This document shows positions 11,625 through 23,972 of a stretch of 64,000 bases of DNA, in pieces. Positions within the stretch are counted from its first letter, which is position 1; each line of letters opens with the position of its first letter. The notes under the pieces are model-generated. The model searched no databases. It worked only from the letters and a program-made list of their open reading frames with translations, and was not told the origin of the DNA. The position numbers and the translations under genes are program-made. Origin of the DNA: Eledone cirrhosa (lineage: Eukaryota); NCBI GenBank assembly GCA_964016885.1, contig OZ024746.1:96844001-96908000 (forward strand), written 5' to 3'.

Positions 11625-13150
11625 AAGGTAGGGGATAGGGGATGGGAAGGGGGTTTGTGGGGTCAGCCATGAAGATAGGGGATAGGGGATGGGAAGGGGG
11701 TTTGTGGGGTCAGCCATGAAGATAGGGGATGGGAAGGGGGTTTGTGGGGTCAGTCATGAAGGTGGTGGATAGGGGTTGGGAAGGGGGTTTGTGGGGTCAG
11801 TCATGAAGGTGGTGGATAGGGGTTGGGAAGGGGGTTTGTGGGGTCAGTCATGAAGGTGGTGGATAGGGGATGGGAAGGGGGTTTGTGGGGTCAGTCATGA
11901 AGGTGGTGGATAGGGGTTGGGAAGGGGGTTTGTGGGGTAAGCCATGAAGGTAGGGGATAGGGGATGGGAAGGGGGTTTGTGGGGTCAGCCATGAAGATAG
12001 GGGATGGGAAGGGGGTTTGTGGGGTCAGTCATGAAGGTGGTGGATAGGGGTTGGGAAGGGGGTTTGTGGGGTAAGCCATGAAGGTAGGGGATAGGGGATA
12101 GGAAGGGGTTTGTGGGGTCAGTCATGGTGGGGGATAGGGGATGGGAAGGGGGTTTGTGGGGTCAGTCATGAAAGTGGTGGATAGGGGATGGGAAGGGGTT
12201 TGTGGGGTCAGCCATGAAGGTGGTGGATAGGAGATGGGAAGGGGGTTTGTGGGGTCAGTCATGAAGGTGGTGGATAGGAGATGGGAAGGGGGTTTGTGGG
12301 GTCAGCCATGAAGGTCGTGGATAGGGGATGGGAAGGGGGTTTAGGGGTCAGCCATGAAGGTGGTGGATAGGGGATGGGAAGGGGGTTTGTGGGGTCAGCC
12401 ATGAAGGTGATGGATAGGGGATGAGAAGGGGGTTTGTGGGGTCAGCCATGAAGGTCGTGGATAGGGGATGGGAAGGGGGTTTGTGGGGTCAGTCATGAAG
12501 GTCGTGGATAGGGGATGGGAAGGGGGTTTGTGGGGTCAGCCATGAAGGTCGTGGATAGGGGATGGGAAGGGGGTTTGTGGGGTCAGTCATGAAGGTCGTG
12601 GATAGGGGATGGGAAGGGGGTTTGTGGGGTCAGCCATGAAGGTCGTGGATAGGGGATGGGAAGGGGGTTTGTGGGGTCAGTCATGAAGGTGGTGGATAGG
12701 GGATGGGAAGGGGGTTTGTGGGGTCAGCCATGAAGGTGATGGATAGGGGATGAGAAGGGGGTTTGTGGGGTCAGCCATGAAGGTAGGGGATAGGGGATGG
12801 GAAGGGGGTTTGTGGGGTCAGCCATGAAGGTGGTGGATAGGGGATGGGAAGGGGGTTTGTGGGGTCAGCCATGAAGGTGGTGGATAGGGGATGGGAAGGG
12901 GATTTGTGGGGTCAGCCATGAAGGTAGGGGATAGGGGATGGGAAGGGGGTTTGTGGGGTCAGCCATGAAGGTGGTGGATAGGGGATGGGAAGGGGGTTTG
13001 TGGGGTCAGCCATGAAGGTAGGGGATAGGGGATAGGAAAGTGGTTTGTGGGGTCAGCCATGAAGGTAGGGGATGGGAAGGGGGTTTGTGGGGTCAGCCAT
13101 GAAGGTAGGGGATAGGGGATGGGAAGGGGGTTTGTGGGGTCAGCCATGAA
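11625..13150. repeat. 47-bp G-rich minisatellite, ~32 copies, G-quadruplex-competent
   Basis: Unit gaaggtggtggataggggatgggaagggggtttgtggggtcagccat with four G3-5 runs. Confidence 0.95.
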
Positions 13151-13874
13151 ATAAGCGAATAAGTCTCAGACGGAAAAAGAAATCAAATAAACATTGAGAT
13201 GTTAAAATTATGGAAAGAAATTTTACTGACTGGAGTAATTAATTCAAAATATAGGTAAAAATAATAAGTAAAGAAAAACGAAAAAGAAACTTATGTTTCC
13301 TTCATAGGTAGAAATAAGAAGATGTATCTTTCCTATCATGACTGGTCTTGAGAATAGCGGGCATTGCTCTAGGGTGGGCATGTGTGTGTCTGTGTAAACA
13401 TTAAGCAAATAGGACTGTGAAACACTGAAATATCAATGTAGATATATCTAGAATAAATGTAAAGTAATCATTAAATGTCCTTATATGTAAATAATACATT
13501 CTGGAAACAAAACCAACAATAAACACTCACTCTAAATACCAGTATGGGGGAGACAGACTTTTTCGAGCTGCATCTGTCATATTACGCAGTTTCTGTGTAA
13601 GAATAAACAAGAAACAATATCTATTGTCATCTGCAGGGAGTATGACCCCATTGCATAATAATCTACACCAAATAGACCCAAGGGACGAACAGATAATTTT
13701 ATTGAAAAATACTGGAGTGCCGTCCCACCTAACAAACCAAAATAAACAATATATGTCTAAATATAAAATATTAAATAAAAAAATAACCTGAAATAATTCA
13801 AAAGTCCAATAAATTTATTTTCCATGTGCTTCTATTTTGGCTTACCTAAAAATATATAAACTATTCTTTTGTAG

Positions 13875-13960
13875 GTGCCGCAGGCCTGAGTGGAATGTTC
13901 TCCTTGATAATTTCAGTTTTGTTAACTGTTCAGATGTCAGAGAGATATATTTCTGTTTGA
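13875..13960 (+). CDS. Cys-rich repeat gene, terminal coding exon: GAAGLSGMFSLIISVLLTVQMSERYISV* (GPI-signal-like tail)
   Basis: ttcttttgtag acceptor; phase 1 fits the previous exon; small residues then a hydrophobic stretch then TGA; AATAAA motifs downstream (e.g. ~14476). Confidence 0.7.
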
Positions 13961-14182
13961 TAAACATCAATATCATTGATAAAAATACAAATTTATTATA
14001 TACATCTTTATTATTTGCAATTACTTAAACTCCTTAGTTAATTATCATACACACATATGACTCTCATAGGATTACATATAACAAATTAACACTTCTTTAA
14101 CTGCATCCTCATCAATTGATACATATTTTGACATGCTTCACTGTTAACTTACCTTTTACAATTTTTCTAATGTTTAACAAGT

Positions 14183-14397
14183 TTAACGCTTCAGCATTTA
14201 CATTCCTCTATAATAACTATTGTATTTTCATGGCAAAGGATTTATCTCACATAATATAAATCTTCAAGATGTTGATATTATTTATATTGAGAACAATATC
14301 TTAACATAAGTATGAGCAACCAGTTATGGCTGGTTTGAACAGAAAGAAGTGAGAGAATTCTGGCTGGATATGGCTGGTTTAAATGATAGAGGATTAA
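14183..14397 (-). mobile_element. piggyBac-type MITE (decayed, inverted copy of the family at 23744 and 33133)
   Basis: TTAA at both ends; internal sequence is the reverse complement of 33133-33349. Confidence 0.65.
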
Positions 14398-15204
14398 ATA
14401 TAGTTTCAACTAAAATTTATTTACTAATAGATATGAAATAATCTATAACTTACTTGAAACATTTTCATCGATTGAATAAATAAATATTTACTACTAAAAC
14501 GAGTTGAAGATCGAATTTTTACCTGCTTACATAGTATCAAGCTCTTATTCATTAACTATAACAGGTAATTTAGAATTGAGAAAATGATTTCAGTTTTACT
14601 TTGTTCAAATTAATAAAGGTTTATATAAACACATATACAATATGTTTATATATAATAAACATAAATATAGTCTCACTGTGAGTATTTTAAACTGTGATTA
14701 TGTCACAGCTTCATCAGTATTCAGGTAAGAGCACTATATCTGTATTTTAAGATTCATGAATCCCTCATCAACAGATGCTTGTTTACTATGAGATACTTAT
14801 ACATAAACATACTATATATGTGACTATATACATCTTTAGTCTGACTTTATGCTGTATTAGTACTATTGCTAATTGGTTCAAATGGAAGGTGTTCATACTG
14901 CCATAGTATTTCATCAGGTATTATCTTCTCAGACCCGCTTATGGTCATTTAACATCACTGTCTATATAATATTTATAATGTTCTAGATGATCCAATTTGG
15001 TGAATCTTTGAAGGAAGATCAATATCATTGATCTATATACAACATCTCTTTAGTTCGATCACTTAACAATTCTGAACAACAATTATTTTTTGTTTTGTTT
15101 TACTCTCTTCTAATGTCTTATAAAATATTATAAATAAATAAAAAGATGTTACAATATATACTAAACTCTTTATTCATTAATTCGTTGCCTTCTTGATTTT
15201 ATTG

Positions 15205-15543
15205 ATGTCTGATAACATGTTAGCTAACACTGTATTAAGTCAATGTCTGATAATGTGTTAGCTAACACTGTATTAATCCAATGTCTGATAACATGTTAGC
15301 TAACACTGTATTAATCCAATGTCTGATAACGTGTTAGCTAACACTGTATTAATCCAATGTCTGATAACATGTTAGCTAACACTGTATTAATCCAATGTCT
15401 GATAACATGTTAGCTAACACTGTATTAATCCAATGTCTGATAACATGTTAGCTAACACTGTATTAATCCAATGTCTGATAACATGTTAGCTAACACTGTA
15501 TTAATCCAATGTCTGATAACATGTTAGCTAACACTGTATTAAG
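15205..15543. repeat. 38-bp minisatellite, ~9 copies
   Basis: Unit atgtctgataacatgttagctaacactgtattaatcca, with internal palindromes taacatgtta and tgttagctaaca. Confidence 0.95.
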
Positions 15544-15900
15544 ACATTGCTTGCTGGGGGAAGTTGAGAGAGGCAATCTATTAAATACCTGCTGTTACAG
15601 TCCAGCTCCCGATCCTATCCTACATTGAAACATGTCTTACTTGTGACAAGTCACCCCACCCCATAGAGTAGAAAAGGCTCTTTAGTTGAGTCAATTAAAT
15701 GCACCCAGTACATTGTAATGTGGTTGGTATTAGGAGTGGCCGTGCACTGTGGAAACCATGACAAAAAGGTTGAGACAACTCTTCAGTCATAGCAGGACAA
15801 CCTCTGTACTGCTGGTGCCACAAAAAAATTGAATCCAGTACACTTAGGAAACTATGCCATATATGGTATTCAAATGACTCTTCAGTTGTGTCACTATCAC

Positions 15901-16196
15901 CAGGGTTGGATTTAGACCTTGTGGGGGGCCGGGACACTTCAGGTTTAGGTGGACCCTTCATACACCAAAAAATTAGAATACACTGCAAACCCCACCAATT
16001 TTACATATAAAAGTTAGCTTGGTACAAGTAATTGGAATTGAAAAGTTATACATACAGGTGTTAAATTCAAAAATTCTAACCATCCTAAAACTAAAAAGCC
16101 CAGCTGAGGGCACAAATAAATTGCTACGGCCATCACTGGTGGGGCCTCCTTCTGAAGGGGGCCAGAGGCAATTGCCTTGTATAAAATCTGGCCCTG
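15901..16196. mobile_element. hAT-type MITE
   Basis: TIR cagggttggattt / aaatctggccctg; 8-bp TSD actatcac / actgtcac (1 mismatch). Confidence 0.7.
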
Positions 16197-17054
16197 ACTG
16201 TCACAACAATTACTCTTGTGTTGGTGCCATGATAAAGTGCACCCAATACACTCTGTAAAGTAGTTGTTGATAATGATGGTGATAATGAGGATGATAATGA
16301 TTATGGCAAAGAACTTCTATAGATGCTATAGACATCATTTAGCTGAAACTATTAAAATAATCCATGGCTTGGGATATTACCCTGTCTTCCCATAGAATTA
16401 AGCATATATATATTAAGATATGTATCCCCCATCCCTGTCTAGAGTGCTGCTCTATCCTATAGAGCATTTCTCATTGAAGCAACTGAACTGCACTCTCTCT
16501 TCTTTAGCCTTTTTTTAATCCTTTATGGAGAGAAAGTGTGTTATAAAATAACCTCTGCAATCAATTTTCTGATTCAACTAGATTGATGTGACTGATTAAA
16601 CCTCTTTTGTTTTTTTTAAAAATCTTTTTAGTCTAAAATATTGTATAATAAATTTATAGACACAGGAAAAATAAGGGGGGGGGGGGTGATTTGAAAAGAA
16701 GCGAGGAAATTGTTTAAAAGATATGTTAATAGGTTTACTTTATTAATCATAAATTCAGTTTAATATCAGTAGATCATGTGTAACCAAGAGAACTACTGTA
16801 AACAGGAAATTATATGAAGCACGATATAATCAATTTTTAATCAGTACACAAAAAGAAAAGTAAGTTATTGTTTAGCTTCCTTAGAAACAAACAATAAAAT
16901 GGTAGATGAACATCTAACTAAGCAACCAATGAGATTACACTATATCTGCATAAAAAAAGAAAAGAAGACAAGATGTTTGTAACACGTTTGATCATAGTTG
17001 GTGTTATTATTTGACCAATTAGGCCTAAAGTATTACAGTTTTATACATATTTCA

Positions 17055-17400
17055 TCATCATCATCATCATCATCATCATAATTTCACATCGACTTTTCCA
17101 GGCTTCCATAGACTGAACGAGTCTTTTCCAGCACAGCATCCCTCCACTGGTTGCGTTCCTTTGACATCTCTTTTGTGAGTTTCAGCAGTTTGAGATTCAC
17201 TTTCACCACTTCTGCTCAGGTATACTTCTGGTATACTTCTATAGCAGCTTCCTTCCACTGGGAACATTAGCTACTTTTTCAACCAATGATTATCAACCAA
17301 TGATTATCATTCAATAAGTCAATACAAGTCTTCTCTTTTTCCCACTACATTCTATACCCAGCTTTTCTCTCAGCTCATCCATGCTTTATTGATGAGTTCA
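17055..17400 (-). mobile_element. 3' remnant of an RTE-type LINE with (GAT)n tail
   Basis: Degenerate VEG..RxxP end motif as in the 61245 element; (cat)n on + strand. Confidence 0.5.
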
Positions 17401-18262
17401 AGAGGTACCTGATTATTTGACTTTCTATTTGAAGTTGACAATTTGGAAGGTAATGTCTAATGCAAATTTAAAGTGCCACACATGAGGTCAATAGAAACTA
17501 GTCAATAATTAAGTTTAAAATCAGTTGCAGTGGAACTGTGTTCATGATGAGGTCGCAAATGGTGCAACAAACATTTTGATACCAAGAAATAAATGAGTAT
17601 CAAGTGAAATTATCAGTTTTTCTGTGTGATTTTGAATGGCTAAAACGATTCTTTTGCAATGTGAGTTGCTTTAGTTTCAAGACATGAAAGACAAATTTAG
17701 ACAAGGTTGTTATTGTAGTTTATCCTTCTAGTAACTGGGTAAGTAATGGGCTAACTCGATTCACTATACCCTTTCACAAAATTAGCAGCTTTGAGATTGT
17801 GCTACAAATTATTATTATCAATATTTATAGAAGGATGATGGATTGGGAGAATTGGTTGAGCATCAGACAAATGCTTAGTATTTTTCTGGCTCTTTACATT
17901 CTCAGTTCAAAACCTGCTAAGGTCAACTTTGTCTTTTATCCTTCTAGGGTTAATAAATTTAAACACCAGCCAAGTATTGGAGTTATTGATATGAACTTTC
18001 CCCTCCTTCCTCTAAATTGCTGGCTTTGAGCCAAAATGAGAAACCATTATTATTTGTAGGGGGCAATCAGTGATTGTTAAAGCATTGGAGAAGATGCATT
18101 GTGGTATTTAGTTATATTCCTTTATGCTCTGAGGTCAACTTTGCCTTTTTCTCTTTTGGAGTTAGTTAATAAAATAAAATGACAGTCAAGTTGTGGGGTT
18201 AATTTACTCAACTAATTTCACACAGGTTGTTGGTCTTTTGTCTATGAAAGAAATTATAATTA

Positions 18263-20563
18263 CACTGATCAACACACTTTTTGCTAACTTAGGTGTTGAT
18301 TTCAAACATGGCATCTATTTCCCCCTAACACATCAGGTTTTTATTCTGTAACACATTCCTATTTTATTGTCCACTATATAAATAATATAATTTACTTAGG
18401 ATGGATTACTAAGTCTTATAGCTAGGAACCATAAGTTATAATGTCAATAGAATCTGGTATGATAGATGAAATATAAGATAACATCACCTTTTATTAAATA
18501 TATCTTGTTAATTCTCAAATAAAATTGATAAAACACAAACAATCGTACACTAACCAACATATTCATGGAACAAAGTTTCGCTTACGAGAGCGCCTGGAGT
18601 GTTTCATGTCGACACAATCTCTTTGAATCCTCCAATAGTAGTCTGCCATCATGTGTCTGTTCCATCTACTTTGATATTTCTCCTCCATAACCTTGATATC
18701 TTGATGGAAGCGCTCACCATGCTCATCGCTCACATCTCCAAGATTAGCAGGAGATTCATCGAGATGGCTTTTGAGGAAATGAATCTTTATGCTCATGTTG
18801 CAGTCTAAAAGATGAAAGCTATCAAGCAATGTCTCCACCAAATCCTTGTAGTTTTCAGCCTTTTTGCTGCCCAAAAACCCTTTCACAACAGACACAAATG
18901 AATCCCGTGTTCTTTTTTCTACGTCCGTCATCGGGCTCGAGAAGTCTTGGTGTCCTGTTAAAAACACCAGCCGTTATTTTATCATAACTTAGGCCAGTAA
19001 ATGTACATATGAATTTGAAACAGTTACCCTCTACATTAAGAGCTTTGGCAAACTGCTTCATTAGTCTTAGTTTAATATTAAGGGCTGGGAAGATGATTTT
19101 ATCTCACCAAACAAGTGCTTCTGTTCCCAATATTTGTCTTTCGCTTGGCTATCCCATAAACACAGGAAACAGATATCTTGTATACCCTCCTTGTTGGACA
19201 AGTAAAAAGTTGACCATTTTCAGATCCACACATATGTCCCATTTGTCCGGTTTTTATGCGTTCATGCTTCTCTTTTAAGTGCACAGAGTTACCAATAGGA
19301 ATTGTGCCTAACAAGTTTCCATTATGGAGGGACGCCATGCTTTGAAGCATAGAGTTACCTCCCTGTATGATCTCAGTTCAAACCCTGCCGAGGTTAACTT
19401 TGCCTTTCATCGTTACGGGGTCGATAAAATAAAGTACCAGTAATGCACTGGGTAATTGCTGGCCTAGTGCCAAAAGTAGAAACAATTATGGAGTAATACA
19501 CATTTTAGACTCTTTATAAAAAGTCTCCATTCATGAGAATAATACTGTAGAGCACCTATTGCTTTTAAAGAATGTCAAGAGATCTTTTTCCCTGTTCTGA
19601 TAAAAAGTTACATTTTGATAACACTTTTGACAGGCCCAAGTCTCTAACTAAATCATTCAGTTCTGCTTGGTTGAACTTTTCACATTCCTTGGTTGCTGTA
19701 TCTACAATGTCTGTATCACTGTTATGTTCATGATTTTCATCTGATACACATATATCACTTTTATCTCCCAGTGAAGGTAATTCTGTGTAAACGGGGACTG
19801 GTACTTCATCCAAGTGAAGCAGGGGCAAATTACTGAATCCAGATTTGGGTAACTTATTTTCTGTTGAGTTTTCTTGCAATAACCAGACGTCTTTTCTGCA
19901 TGGTTCTTTGGCTCCCGCCATACCATAGGAATGTCAAATGCTAGTTGTTTCCTTGTGCCCTTTGTCCATTGGCATAGATTTTCGACACATGGTTTACATA
20001 CATTGTGTGGGACCAACAATTTATCCTGATCACCAAGTTTAAGCTTAAAGTAAGCCAAGCAGGCCCTTTTCACAAATTCACTAATTTTCATTCTTTGACT
20101 TGGTACTGTAAAACTACTGCATATATAGCAAAAATAGGGGAATGTAAACATTTTCTTTGTAATGAAGCCATGCTACTGAACACCTGTGATATTCCGCAAC
20201 ATCAATCTGAAATGAGGGAAAACATAAATTATTAACTATGATATGTCTTGTTGCTAAGGGTGGGGCCAATATGGACCAGCCCATAGATAAAATAACCTTG
20301 ATGTGATAGAAAAAAGTATTGTCATTTTTAAACTCAGGAGCCCCTAATTACTCAAGAGTAAGTTTCAAACTTAGGTCAGGAGAAAAAAAAGCAAAATTGC
20401 TTCTACTTTTGGCACAAGGCCCGCAATTACCCAGTGCATTACTGGTACTTTATTCTATCAACCTCGTAAGGATGAAAGGCAAAGTTAACCTCAGCGGTAT
20501 TTGAACTCACAATATAAAGGGCCACAACTCCATGCTGCAACAAAACATAAGTGTTGATCAGTG
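18263..20563 (-). mobile_element. Decayed Chapaev3-like (CMC) DNA transposon with fragmented transposase and nested SINEs
   Basis: TIR CACTGATCAACAC at both ends flanked by TTA/TAA; ORF pieces FCYIC..KLGDQDK..PHNVCKPC..MVWREPKNH, MKQFAKAL, SDEHGERFHQDIKVME; family assignment from recalled motifs. Confidence 0.75.
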
Positions 20564-20946
20564 TAATTGTTTCTACTTTTGACACAAGGCCAGCAATTAC
20601 CCAGTGTATTACTGGTACTTTATTTTATCGACCCCGTAAAGATGAAAGGCAAAGTTAACCTTGGTGGGATTTGACTCAGAATTGCAAGGGCCATAACTCA
20701 ATGCGTCAAAGCATGGCGTCCGACCCTCTTCCAATACAGCCAATCCACCGATCAGTGTAAATAATTGTTTCTACTTTAGGCACAAGGCCAGCAATTACCC
20801 AGTGCATTACTGGCACTTTATTTTATCGACCCCGTGAGGATGAAAGGCAAAGTCAACCTCGGCGGGATTTGAACTCAGATCATAAAGGGACGTAACTATG
20901 CTGGAAAGCATGGCGTCCGACCCTCTACCGATACTGCCAATCCACC
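20395..20946 (-). mobile_element. Three adjacent copies of tRNA-derived SINE family A (further copies near 570, 4085, 17840, 18060, 19330, 22100, 22955, 23226, 25501, 29738, 32010, 38262, 38510, 38850, 58750, 59250, 59530)
   Basis: Core ggtactttattttatcgaccccgtaaggatgaaaggcaaagtcaacctcggcgggatttgaactc; reverse complement holds B-box gttcaaatcc; (ATT)n tail. Confidence 0.85.
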
Positions 20947-23743
20947 GATCAGTGTAATTAATGATATAAAATATGATAACACTTGATATTAATTATATCT
21001 TCCATCCCTGCGAATGATGATGCAATATTGTTCTTTTTCTTACCTCTCACCATATTGTATTCAGCTTCCCATCACAACTGGAGCCAGCTGGCCTCAACTA
21101 TGGTGATGGTAAACCCCCCACTGGGATAACACTCTTCCCATTCAAGGGAGGTAAATCGTTAATCTGGGATGCAACATGTGACTCATTCTCTGACTCCAGC
21201 CTTGTTTCAGCCACAAACCTGGGCAACACCTTCTGCAATGAGAAGAAGATTATTAAATACCAGGGCTTGACTGATCAGTTCTTTTTTATACCAGTTGCTG
21301 TTTTCACCAAAAATGTCCTGGGCTCTGCTGATTTCCTTAATAAAATCGTAAAAACAGAAGCCTGCCCAAGGAAGCAGCTGCAGGGGTGAGGTGGTTGTTG
21401 CAGTGGATAATCTCTGTGACAATGCCTTTGCCAATTTCTCCACAGGACTCTAGTAAAACACCACTCTAACTGAAGTGTAGAGTCTGTCGCCCTCTCTTCC
21501 TCTCCCTTTCTTTCATTGCTTAATTCTTTTTCTTTTTCTTCTTTTCCTTTCTTTTTTGTGTCCTTATTGCCATGTATATTGTACAGTGTTTATAACATTT
21601 TCCATTTAATTTAATTGAAATAAAATGTATTTCATGAGAAATATGACCACAAAAGAGCCCAGGTCTGTCTCCATCACCCTAGAGCTTATTCTTGTTTCAT
21701 TGGTGTCAGTAATTGAGATTACAAGACTCCTCCCTAGTTGAGACATAGCTTTGTGCTAGGATGAACCCACTACCCATTGTACCTATTTTATCAAACTTGT
21801 AGACTGGAACAACATGAAATGAAGTATTTTTTCAAGGGTAGAAACATGACATCCAATTCAGAAATCGAACCCATGACCTTACAACTGTCAACCAAGCATT
21901 CTAGCCTATTGTTTCTTAACTATTTTCATTCAATGCCCCAATTTAATTTAAAAAAGAGAGAAAATAGAAGTGTGTCTTACCAGGATCAGATGTATTTAGT
22001 ATAAAATTCCTTGTGGAGTCACAGAGACACCGTCATATGGTGTGTCTAGCGCACTTTTAAACCTGGCAGAGCCCAACCCTCTCCAGGTCTGAACACTGCT
22101 GATTTTTTCTATAGAGGAAGAATCAACTCCAGTACTAGACTGGTACTTTTTTATCAACCTCGAAAGGATGACAGGCAAAGTTGACCATGGTGGGATTTGA
22201 CCTCAGAGTGCACAATGAGGTGGGATGAATACCGTAAAGCATTCTATCCGACATCTCTTAACAGCTTTACCAATTTGCTGCCTAGTAAACATACAGTATA
22301 AACACACCATTCTAAAGTCCTATGCTCCCAACGGTGGGGTGTACACCTCATGTCCCCACCGTCCTAATCAGCAGATGAAAAAAATGTTTAAATATTAAAA
22401 AAAGTGAAAACTATATATGTAAGATACTTTATTTTTTCAAATTCTTGAATACAATCTTCTTATAAGTTCTGGCAACAATTTTTTTTTTTGAGATAAAACA
22501 AGAAATTTTTACAAGAAAAAAAAACTTAATACCATAAGCCACAATTTACACAGGGTTTCTTTATATTTCTGTACTATCTTAGATTTCTATTGTTCTGAGA
22601 TTATATTTGTTGACAACTATTGGCAACAGATGAGTTTTAAAAGATACCTCATTATTTGACTTTCTATTTGAAATTGACAACTTGGAAGGTGATGTCTAAT
22701 GCAGGGGGAGATAACTACATGCCAGCTTCAGTTGGAATGGCTAAGAACATTACAAAAGTGTTTAGGCAAGTATTTTTTAAAATCATTTTATTATTTGTTA
22801 ATGTAAATATTTCCCTCCCCACCACCACGATTGATGGAAAGGGGGAGGGGGCATTTGTAGTAATCAGTGCTGATTTTTGGTCTGATATTAATTGGCAAAT
22901 TAGGTGGACAAAGTGTTCAAATATTCTAAATAAACACAAGTGATATAATAATTATAATTGTTTCTACTTTAGACACAAGGCCAACAATTTGAAGGGGAGG
23001 AGAAAGTCAATTAAATCGACCCAGTGCATTACTGGTACTTTATTTTATCGACCCCGTAAGGATGAAAGGCAAAGCTAACCTCAGTGGGATTTGAACTTAG
23101 AACGCAAAGGGACATAACTCTATGCTGCAAAGCAAAGGTGTCCGGCACTTTACCGATTCTGCCAATCAACCACCCTTAATAATAATAATAACAATAATAA
23201 TAATAATAATAACAATAATAATAATAATTGTTTCTACTGTAGGCACAAGGCCAGCAATTACCCAGTGCATTACTGGTACTTTATTTTATCGACCCTGTAA
23301 GGATGAAAGGCAAAGTCAACCTCGGCGGGATTTGAACTCAGATCGTAAAGGGACGTAACTATGCTGGAAAGCATGGTGTCTGACCCTCTACCGATACTGC
23401 CAATCTGATATAATAATAATATGAGCCAAGTAGAAATACAATTCCAGATATTAATTCTCATTGAAATAATAATAATAGTAATAATAAATAAATTAATAAA
23501 AAGATGAAAGAGATTGTTAAAAGGTAACTGTGGTGAGTAAAAATATATTTCCTTGGATTATAAATTGTAAAATAGTTGAGGGGAACTGAAATAATTCATT
23601 GGCTGGGAAGGAACATGGTGAAACTGTTACACAGTCAGGTTGTAAATATCTATTTGTTAAAATAAAATTGTATTAGAAAAAGACAAAAAAATAAACCATA
23701 AAAATACACACACACACACAAAACTGAAAAGAAAAACAAACCA

Positions 23744-23972
23744 TTAACCCTTTAACATTTAAACTGGCTGTATCTGTCCAGAATTCCCTCACCTCTATCT
23801 GTTGAAACTGGCTGTAACTGGTCGCTCAAACTGATGTTAAAGTATTGTTCTCAAAATAAATAATATCAAAATCTCGTAGATTCGATATTATGTGAGATAA
23901 TTATGTGAGATAAAGCCTTTACTGTGAAAATACAATAGTAAATATAGAGTAATGTAAATGGTAAAGGGTTAA
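23744..23972 (+). mobile_element. piggyBac-type MITE
   Basis: TTAA-ccctttaacattta ... taaatggtaaaggg-TTAA. Confidence 0.75.

Noticed and set aside
11212-13147. Pro/Ser-rich minus-strand ORFs
   Set aside because: Translations of G-rich tandem repeats; no splice or domain support
2127-15543. Tandem arrays as CRISPR-like loci
   Set aside because: Units are head-to-tail with no unique spacers, no cas genes, eukaryotic context
20860-20946. tRNA genes suggested by B-box motifs
   Set aside because: They are heads of multi-copy SINEs and do not form complete cloverleaves
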